From Candidatus Pacearchaeota archaeon (GTDB lineage: Archaea > Nanobdellota > Nanobdellia > Pacearchaeales > GW2011-AR1): a stretch of DNA of 43,027 nucleotides. A program made the translations under genes and the position numbers. Location: contig JAUYJY010000058.1 of the NCBI GenBank assembly GCA_030699205.1, positions 1-43,027 on the forward strand, given 5' to 3'. The notes below the pieces were generated by a model. It saw only the letters and a list, made by a program, of their open reading frames with translations. It was not told the origin of the DNA and did no database searches. Every line of letters starts with the position of its first letter. The first letter of the stretch is position 1. Positions 33,463 through 41,164 of the stretch are shown one piece after another.

Positions 33463-36400
33463 TTAATATCCTCCGCTTATCGTCAGACAGCTCCCCACAT
33501 TTTCATAAATATCTCTGCACTTAATTCTATAAACTAATCCTAAATCAAATGGAGTAGTATGCAAATAGTTTTCCCCACTCATTAACTCTCCGGAATCAAA
33601 GCTGAATCCGCAATTTGTATTTGTGTATGTGCATACAGCCGGCTCATTTGTAACAATATTCAAAACATTTCCCGATGAATAAATTCTGGAAGCAATAGGT
33701 CCCTTATTGTCTACCTTAACTTCAAAATTGGCAGTTTCTAAAGCAACATTTCCAGCAGAGTCGGTGCATTTTAATTCATATTCATAATTTCCATTTGGAA
33801 GAGTCAAACCTTTTTGTAAATGCACTTCTCCCCCGGTTGGAAAGAAGCCACTATAATGTATCACATTGCTTGATTTATGCTCACAAATTGCATTATTATT
33901 CACTCCTCCGGAAGTATGTATCTCCAAATCAATAACTGCAAAAGCACTTCCGCTATAAACTATTTCATCATCTGGATAAATATAATCAATTACTAAAGGG
34001 TTTAGGGTTTTCTTTATTTGATATTCTTTTTCTTGGTCTGCTTTATTTCTATCTGTATTATTTATTCCAAGCCAAGGTTGGTCTTCACACTTAAAATAAT
34101 AACTTTCAGTTTCATTTCCCTGCACGGGAAGGTTTGCAAGACAAGACCATCCATTAATTGTGCCTTGATTTATCCCATTAGAACAAGCCGCAAGATTTTC
34201 CATTTCATCATAACCCTTATTTTCAGGACTCCACTTACACTCCGCAGGCTCATTAGTAAAGAAAGTTAAACTAAAATTTTCAGCTTCAAACCCTGCATAT
34301 CCCGGATTCTCTGGAACAAACTTGGTTATCACTGCTGGGGTTTTGTCGTCTGCAGGCTTCACACAGAATTTTATTGCATATTCAGCAGAGTTATCATTTC
34401 CCGAACTATCCTGACATCTTACAAACATATTATAGTTCTCTCTTCTGTCAGGTCCAACACCTCCAACACCCAAATCAGAGAGGGAAGGCATAGTTAAAAG
34501 AGCATCATGATTTTCTTTGTACGAATTACTCTTTCCAAAGAACATTTCCATTTCATCATATGTATTTGTATGCTCAAAACTATATTTACATTGTCCGGGT
34601 TCATCTAAACTAATTCCAAATTCTATCAGAGAAAATTCTTTAATGCAACCATCTCCCGAAACAGATTGAATTTCAGTTCCAACATTTATCACCGAATTCT
34701 TATATTCAAATCCATCAGAAATTACATCATCCCATTTATCTATCACTGGAGGAGATGTATCATTAGGATTTATATCAACGCATGTTTGTTCCGAAGTACC
34801 TTCATTTAACAACTCGCAGTTTTGTCCGAGACTATTGCATTTATATTCGGAACATCCCAAATCATCTGAATCGCATTCCTCACAGCTTTGTCCTCCCGAA
34901 GGTGGTTGCCAAGGAAGGCAAGAAAAGTCAACAGTTACTTCTCTCGTTTCTCCTCCTAATAAACTCAATATAACTGCTATAACAACAATTATAAGAATTG
35001 TCCAAAATAAGAAAGGTCCTAATGCCGCACCAAAAGATGCACCTTTCGCAACAAACGTAGTTGTTTCAAATGCTAAATATCCCATAACTGCACCGACAAC
35101 TGCCCCCGCAATAACGAGTGTATTAAGGCTTTTTCCCTCTAATCCAAATACAGTTCCTAAGATATAAGCAATCGCCGCACCCGCCGCCGCACCACCGGCT
35201 GCCGAGCCAAAAGGCCCTAAACTTTTAGGAACGCCTGCAACTACCGCTTCGCCAGCACCCGCTGCCGCACCTACACCCGAAGCAGCAGCGGTAGCAGCAC
35301 CAGAAACCGCCCCAGCGCCAGCCACCGCACCAGAAGTAATCGCAGCAATAGGTATTCCTTCAATCAAAACAAAATACATCGTCGCAACACCAATAGACCC
35401 CAAACCAATCTGTCCCATAAGTGCACCCAATTGGCTGGGATCTGCATTTACAGGGTCAATTCCAAAAATTGCAAGTATTTCTTCTCCTGAAAGTGCATCA
35501 GCACTCTGTCCGGGAATTGGAGTGGAATATTTTCTTAAGCCATTAAGGTAATCATCACTTAAACCATTTCCCCCAACCACATTATATCCATCACTGCTCA
35601 ACTCCCCATTATAATTAACAGAAGCTCCACAATCTCCTAAACTCATACATAAATTATTCATAGTTTCTGCAAATTTAGGTTCTGCACACCCACAATTAGC
35701 TACGCAATCCCAGCTTCCCAGAAACTTTTCTTCAATATATGTGCAGGTTTGACTTCCCAATGATGAACAAAGCCCTTCAGCAGAACTTTCCCTTGATTCC
35801 TTATCAAATCCTGGAGGATATTTTGGAACGCATAAATCAAATTTAAAGAATTCATCAACATCTACATGCTTCAAAAAACAATCAGTATTTTCTTCGCATT
35901 TGTTTAACTTGTTTTTATCTCCATTTGCAGCATAACAAACCTGCCACGTATTTGCTCTGCAAGATGCAGATGAAAAGTCAATTTCCTCATTTTTATTTTC
36001 AACACAAACTTTGCTTCTCACAGCAGAACAAGATTCCGTTCTAATTTCCCCATCAAAACAGGTCTGTGTATAATGTGCACTTCCCGGAGTATCAACACTC
36101 CTTTCTTCGTTGCTTCCTTGGTTCTCTCTTGCTTCCTCTTCATAATTACACCACCCTTCAAGTTCAGGGTTTTCTGCAACCATCGTCGCATTTTGACAAA
36201 CTCTATCAGAAGTTATTCTTCCATTTGAACCTGGAGGACACAACCAATTTATAAATTGATTCCCGCTTGTTCCAGTTGGATTTAAATACCTATCACAAAT
36301 ATTTCCTAAAACTCCTTCGCGGTTTGAAGAAGTTTCATCAACTCCAATCTGTCCGTCAAACCTGCACCAACTCTCTCCATTTTTTCTTGTTTCTCCTTGA

Positions 36401-37464
36401 TAATCCACACATCTCAAATCCTTACAAACATAATCTCCATAATTTGCATTGTCATCTTTTCCGCTTACAGGTTTTCCACAAATACTTCCCAATAAATATC
36501 CACAACTTCCGCAGGATTTTTGATTTCCAAAATTATTGGATATTGTTCCTAAACTACAACTCTCACTTATGGGAACAACATCATTCCAATAAACTCCTGC
36601 AAGTTTGTTAGAATCATAAATATTCCCTCTATTCCCGCAAGAATCTATAAAATAAACTTCATCCCTTCCTTCAAAGCAGTTAGTCTCCTGAGTAATTTCA
36701 CAAATAGTTTCAATTCCCTCTCCATTAATCTCTAAATCTTCCGCAGTGCATAATTTATTTTTAAAAAATTCACCCCCAGAACCTAAACAAACAGATTTTG
36801 TTGCAAACTCGCAATTATACTTTCCTTCTTCAGGGATTAATTCTAAGATACAGGCACCTTCTTCTTGAGTATTTGACAATAATAAGCACTCAAGTTCATT
36901 ATTTACACTAACCCATTCAACAGGGGTAGAACCAAATGCTCCAGAAAGATAATTGCATTGTTGTTCTGTGGTATATTGCGTTTGTCCTGCTCCGCCGTTT
37001 CCATCAGGATTTATCAAACAACAATTTCTGTTGCATATTCCATCTAAAGGATTCCAAGTTCCCCCAGAATTTTCACAAGTCAATTTAGGACTCCCATCAC
37101 TGCAAGTTCCAATTAGAGGGTCAAAACAAGTTCCTATTCGGCATTCAGCAGTATTCTCTCTTGCACTTTCAACACAACCACCGGGACAAACATTAATATC
37201 GGCACATTCCGAAGAAGGATACTCCTGACATATTGTTCCATTATTATCTTCCAAACAAGTCCATAAAAGTTCTTGTGCACTTACAATCCCCCCACTCAAC
37301 CAATCCAAAACTTTCCACCTCAAAAAACTAATAAATTTACTTTCTCCAACATTTTTAATTTCATTTTCTACAAACAAATCATTAGTTTCTCCAACAATAT
37401 ATGAAAAAGAAACAACAGACATAATTACTAAAAAAATTTCAAACAATGCTTTTCCTTTATTCAT
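33463..37464 (-). CDS. 1333-aa giant cysteine-rich membrane/surface protein
   Basis: The start was taken at MNKGKALFEIFLVIMSVVSFSYIVG. An N-terminal Cys-rich domain is followed by a Gly/Ala-rich multi-helix membrane segment. The C-terminal repeats are marked by NEPAECKWS, NEPAVCTYT and C-x-D-x-x-GN. Confidence 0.8.
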   Translation of the reverse strand: MNKGKALFEIFLVIMSVVSFSYIVGETNDLFVENEIKNVGESKFISFLRWKVLDWLSGGIVSAQELLWTCLEDNNGTICQEYPSSECADINVCPGGCVESARENTAECRIGTCFDPLIGTCSDGSPKLTCENSGGTWNPLDGICNRNCCLINPDGNGGAGQTQYTTEQQCNYLSGAFGSTPVEWVSVNNELECLLLSNTQEEGACILELIPEEGKYNCEFATKSVCLGSGGEFFKNKLCTAEDLEINGEGIETICEITQETNCFEGRDEVYFIDSCGNRGNIYDSNKLAGVYWNDVVPISESCSLGTISNNFGNQKSCGSCGYLLGSICGKPVSGKDDNANYGDYVCKDLRCVDYQGETRKNGESWCRFDGQIGVDETSSNREGVLGNICDRYLNPTGTSGNQFINWLCPPGSNGRITSDRVCQNATMVAENPELEGWCNYEEEARENQGSNEERSVDTPGSAHYTQTCFDGEIRTESCSAVRSKVCVENKNEEIDFSSASCRANTWQVCYAANGDKNKLNKCEENTDCFLKHVDVDEFFKFDLCVPKYPPGFDKESRESSAEGLCSSLGSQTCTYIEEKFLGSWDCVANCGCAEPKFAETMNNLCMSLGDCGASVNYNGELSSDGYNVVGGNGLSDDYLNGLRKYSTPIPGQSADALSGEEILAIFGIDPVNADPSQLGALMGQIGLGSIGVATMYFVLIEGIPIAAITSGAVAGAGAVSGAATAAASGVGAAAGAGEAVVAGVPKSLGPFGSAAGGAAAGAAIAYILGTVFGLEGKSLNTLVIAGAVVGAVMGYLAFETTTFVAKGASFGAALGPFLFWTILIIVVIAVILSLLGGETREVTVDFSCLPWQPPSGGQSCEECDSDDLGCSEYKCNSLGQNCELLNEGTSEQTCVDINPNDTSPPVIDKWDDVISDGFEYKNSVINVGTEIQSVSGDGCIKEFSLIEFGISLDEPGQCKYSFEHTNTYDEMEMFFGKSNSYKENHDALLTMPSLSDLGVGGVGPDRRENYNMFVRCQDSSGNDNSAEYAIKFCVKPADDKTPAVITKFVPENPGYAGFEAENFSLTFFTNEPAECKWSPENKGYDEMENLAACSNGINQGTINGWSCLANLPVQGNETESYYFKCEDQPWLGINNTDRNKADQEKEYQIKKTLNPLVIDYIYPDDEIVYSGSAFAVIDLEIHTSGGVNNNAICEHKSSNVIHYSGFFPTGGEVHLQKGLTLPNGNYEYELKCTDSAGNVALETANFEVKVDNKGPIASRIYSSGNVLNIVTNEPAVCTYTNTNCGFSFDSGELMSGENYLHTTPFDLGLVYRIKCRDIYENVGSCLTISGGY

Positions 37465-37469
37465 TACAA

Positions 37470-38234
37470 CTAAATTCCGGCAGGAATTACACACCCCCTT
37501 ATCGCTAAATTCATTTTCTCTCCCGTTTTTTTATTTATTATACTATAAATGTTTGTCGAATCTCCAAAAAGTGTCTTCCTTATATCATAACTTGGATAAA
37601 GTGCCATAAATCCATTATTGCTAAAATGACAAAATTCAGCCTCTTGGTCTACAATCTCACTTGCAATATAAACTAAATTATAAGCATCACTCTTTACGAA
37701 AACATTAAAACTCTCAAAGTTTCTCACAACATCCCCCTTGATGATTGAAAAATCTCTATTAATTTTAGCTTCAACAATTTCAGGCCTAAAAGTAGTTTCA
37801 ACAGAAACGCCCCCTCCGGAAACTTCATAATTCTTATTTGTTAATTCATTATCAAGAGAAGCAAAACATTCTTCCACATCTTTTTTTACTTCTTCATTTA
37901 ACTCCTCTTGCAGTTTAATAATAAGTCGGGGGTATTGATTTACGCACGGCTCATAGTGCCTTATATTCTTGCAAAGATAAGCAACCTTTTCATTTTCATA
38001 AATCTTATAATCTATAGGATTAACAAAACCTCCACGAGGCAGCATTTCATCAATAACTTTTAACGTCGCCTTTTTCACACAGCCGTCAATAAAGCTTTCA
38101 GGATTATCGGAGCCCTGTCTCAAAATCTCAGGTTTTTTATCAATTAAGAAAAACAATCCAATTGCAACCACAATAACTATTGCAATTGCAACAAAAATCA
38201 TTATTTGTCCGCGATTATTCATTTCAAAACCCAC
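37470..38234 (-). CDS. Prepilin-like protein (class III signal peptide), 254 aa
   Basis: The N-terminus is MGFEMNNRG|QIMIFVAIAIVIVVAIGLFFLI. Confidence 0.65.
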   Translation of the reverse strand: MGFEMNNRGQIMIFVAIAIVIVVAIGLFFLIDKKPEILRQGSDNPESFIDGCVKKATLKVIDEMLPRGGFVNPIDYKIYENEKVAYLCKNIRHYEPCVNQYPRLIIKLQEELNEEVKKDVEECFASLDNELTNKNYEVSGGGVSVETTFRPEIVEAKINRDFSIIKGDVVRNFESFNVFVKSDAYNLVYIASEIVDQEAEFCHFSNNGFMALYPSYDIRKTLFGDSTNIYSIINKKTGEKMNLAIRGCVIPAGI

Positions 38235-38404
38235 AAATTAACCCCCTCTTTTTTTATTCTTTCAATTTTTCCATCCAAAACCAATTCAAGCAAATACTTA
38301 TCTGCAGTATTCCATGAGATTTTCAAAAACTTAGCAATTTCCGAACTGGTAACCACCCTCTTCTTTTTCACAAAATCTAATATCTTCTTATTATGAATAT
38401 TCAT
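38219..38404 (-). CDS. 61-aa winged-helix DNA-binding protein at the head of operon 2
   Basis: ILDFVKKKRVVTSSEIAKFLKISWNTADKYLLELVLDGKIERIK is an HTH plus wing. It overlaps the next gene by 16 nt. Confidence 0.6.
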   Translation of the reverse strand: MNIHNKKILDFVKKKRVVTSSEIAKFLKISWNTADKYLLELVLDGKIERIKKEGVNLWVLK

Positions 38405-38510
38405 ATGATTAATTAAATTAATATTCCTCTTTCAATTAATACCAATAATCTTATGAATATTTAATATTTAAATCTTTTTAAGAATCCTTTTCCCTTCAAA
38501 CTAATAACTC

Positions 38511-39239
38511 CTAATCGTCAGGTTCCCCTCTTGGTGCCAGAACAAAACTTAAAAGCACTTTTCCTGAAGGGAAATTGATTCTCATAGGATGGTTATCAGA
38601 AAAATTAATTTCCGCCTTGCTTGCGACCTTAGCACCTTTAATAAATTTGCTTAAATATTCAAGAGAAAACCTCGCAGAACTGCTGTCAGAAAATATCTGA
38701 ACTTCATCGCTTGAAAATTCAGTTCTTGCAGAGTTCAAATTGCTTGATTCAATAATGAACTTATTAGGTTCAGCAATAAAAGTGCATGCGTCACCAACGA
38801 CAAGACAATCTTCTATCGCATCAACAAAATCCTGTGCATCCATTTTTATCACGCTCTTAAACTCCCAGGTAGGCATCTCCTTATCCTCTCCTTCAACATC
38901 AATTAACGCCAACGTAAAATCTCTTCTAATCTTATCTTTAATATTTATTTTTAAAAGATTGTCATACCTCTGCATAGTCAAAGAACTTCCAAGCTTGCAT
39001 CTTCTCATTATAGCTTTCAAGTTTTCTAAATTAACTCCTAAAATCTCTTCCTTCTCAACTTTAAATTCCGAAAATAAATCATGGGGGATAAAAAAATAGA
39101 CCATCGCAACATTCGCAGGGTCCAAAGCAGTTAAACTCATCCCTTCAGAATTTACCCTAATCTTCACTTCGGTAACTAACTCTGAGATAACTCCAATGAG
39201 GTTGGAAAATATTCTTGGATCGTCAAGTTTCAAGTGCAT
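38511..39239 (-). CDS. pcn: DNA polymerase sliding clamp PCNA
   Basis: 242 aa with a two-domain repeat pattern. The N-terminus IFSNLIGVISELVTEVKIRVNSEGMSLTALDPANVAMV is typical of PCNA. Confidence 0.9.
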   Translation of the reverse strand: MHLKLDDPRIFSNLIGVISELVTEVKIRVNSEGMSLTALDPANVAMVYFFIPHDLFSEFKVEKEEILGVNLENLKAIMRRCKLGSSLTMQRYDNLLKINIKDKIRRDFTLALIDVEGEDKEMPTWEFKSVIKMDAQDFVDAIEDCLVVGDACTFIAEPNKFIIESSNLNSARTEFSSDEVQIFSDSSSARFSLEYLSKFIKGAKVASKAEINFSDNHPMRINFPSGKVLLSFVLAPRGEPDD

Positions 39240-39411
39240 TATTTAATTCATACTCTCCAGCTTTTAAGGTTTGTTGTAATGAGAAATAGAATATTGGGTT
39301 GAGTTAAGAATAAAATCTGTATTTAAGGATTTATACATCATTAATCAACAATTTAAATCAACAACAAACCATATAAATCGGTCAGTCGTCCCAAAATCGG
39401 GAGGAAAATTT

Positions 39412-40989
39412 ATGTCTGAAAAAGAAAAAAGAGTCAGAGCAATAACAAAGATTTATTATTCAAATCCACAAGTCAGAGATGTTTTATTTAAATTCTCAAA
39501 AGACAGAGAGGTAGTTCCAAGTTATATGATGCAGGCCTTCGGTAAAAGGCCGGATACAATTCAATACCCTTCAGATATAATGAATCTGGTGAATAAAGGT
39601 GCGACGTCTTTTCATGCGTCTGAAGAGATATGGATTAACCCCTTGGAAATAAACTCTGATATGTCTCAAAAAGATTTAGATTTGTTAAGAAAGACATGGG
39701 ATTTATTAATAGATATAGATTCCCCCTATTTAGATTGTTCAAAAATAGCGGCAAAATTGATTATAAAAGAATTGGAAAAACAGGGAATAAAAAACTACGG
39801 GTTAAAATTCTCAGGAAGTAAGGGCTTTCACATTATCGTTCCTGGAAAGGCATTTCCGGATTATTTTCAGGAAGTTGAAACAAAGTTAATGTTCCCCGAA
39901 TGGCCAAGAGCAATTTCAGAATATCTTATGTATAAAATAAAGGCAGAATATAATAAAGAAATAACTAAATTAAACATCAATTTTGAAGCACTTCAGGAAA
40001 GAACCAAACTAACTAAAGAAGATGTTACTGAAATTCCCTGCCCCAATTGCGGAGAAAAAGCAGAAAAAAGGAACCTTGTTTTTTTAAGGTGCAACAGGTG
40101 TGAAAATTTATATCAAAAACCAAGTTATAAAATAACAAAAAGAAAATTAAGATGCAATGAAGAAACCTGTCCCGGATTTTATGAAGTTATAAACGAAGAA
40201 GAACATTTCTTTTGCGATAAATGCAAAACCAGTTCATTAAATAAAACATATAAATCAGATAAGAAAGTTACCTACACAAAAGAAGCAAGGTCCTCGCAAG
40301 AAACGGGAGAATTCAGAGAAGAAATTTCTGCAGAAAAGATAGCTTCTTTAGACCTTGTTTTGGTTGCACCAAGGCATTTATTTAGAATGCCCTACTCATT
40401 GCACGAAAAGACGGCACTTGCAAGCATCGTTTTAACAAAAGAGCAAATTTCTTCTTTTAATCCAAGAGATGCAAATCCATTAAATGTAAAAATAAAAGAA
40501 TTTTACCCTGATGCAGAAAAAGGAGAAGCGTCAGACCTCTTAGAATCTGCAGTCCTATGGAAAATGGAAAAAGACGGCAAAGAAGAGCAAAGTCTTGAGA
40601 AGAAATATTCTAATTATAAAAAAATTGATATTAAAGATGTTACTGAAGATATGTTTCCCCAGCCAATAAAGAAACTTCTTAAAGGTCTTGAAGAAGGTAA
40701 AAAACGAGGACTTTTTATTCTTCTTACTTTTCTAAAATCTCTAAATTTCTCGGCAGAATACATAAACTCAAGAGCAAGAGAATGGAATAAACTAAACTCC
40801 CCCCCATTAAAAGAAGGATACATAAAAAGTCAGATTGACTGGATTTTAAAACAAAAAAAGCAAATTCTTCCCCCAAATTATAAAAACGAAAATTTTTACA
40901 AAGACCTCAATTTAATTGAATCAGGGAAAGAACCCAAAGAAAAAAACCCAATTGTTGAAGTCCTTAGAAAAGTAAGAAAGAGAAATTAA
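39412..40989 (+). CDS. priS: DNA primase catalytic subunit PriS with a fused C-terminal PriL-CTD-like domain
   Basis: Motifs DLLIDIDSP (DxD), SGSKGFHIIV and RMPYSLHEKT, plus a Cys-rich zinc insertion. The C-terminal FPQPIKKLLKGLEEGKKRGLFILLTFLKSLNF resembles the PriL FPPC...G...RF.L..FL segment. Confidence 0.8.
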   Translation: MSEKEKRVRAITKIYYSNPQVRDVLFKFSKDREVVPSYMMQAFGKRPDTIQYPSDIMNLVNKGATSFHASEEIWINPLEINSDMSQKDLDLLRKTWDLLIDIDSPYLDCSKIAAKLIIKELEKQGIKNYGLKFSGSKGFHIIVPGKAFPDYFQEVETKLMFPEWPRAISEYLMYKIKAEYNKEITKLNINFEALQERTKLTKEDVTEIPCPNCGEKAEKRNLVFLRCNRCENLYQKPSYKITKRKLRCNEETCPGFYEVINEEEHFFCDKCKTSSLNKTYKSDKKVTYTKEARSSQETGEFREEISAEKIASLDLVLVAPRHLFRMPYSLHEKTALASIVLTKEQISSFNPRDANPLNVKIKEFYPDAEKGEASDLLESAVLWKMEKDGKEEQSLEKKYSNYKKIDIKDVTEDMFPQPIKKLLKGLEEGKKRGLFILLTFLKSLNFSAEYINSRAREWNKLNSPPLKEGYIKSQIDWILKQKKQILPPNYKNENFYKDLNLIESGKEPKEKNPIVEVLRKVRKRN

Positions 40990-41008
40990 AATAGATATTT
41001 TTTCTCAC

Positions 41009-41052
41009 GCTATAGAGTAAACGCACTAATTTCCGTATATTTTTATGCGTTT
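41009..41052. repeat. H-type hairpin with a conserved loop, copy H2
   Basis: gctatag-agt-AAACGCA-ctaatttccgtatattttta-TGCGTTT, in a convergent intergenic region. Confidence 0.5.
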
Positions 41053-41164
41053 TTTCAATCAAAATAACTCAAAAAAGCCACCAAGGACTTCAACTGTCAA
41101 AACCACGCGGGAAACATTTTTTAGTTTTCAGAATAAGGCGGAGTCAAGTTAAAAAATTATCAAA

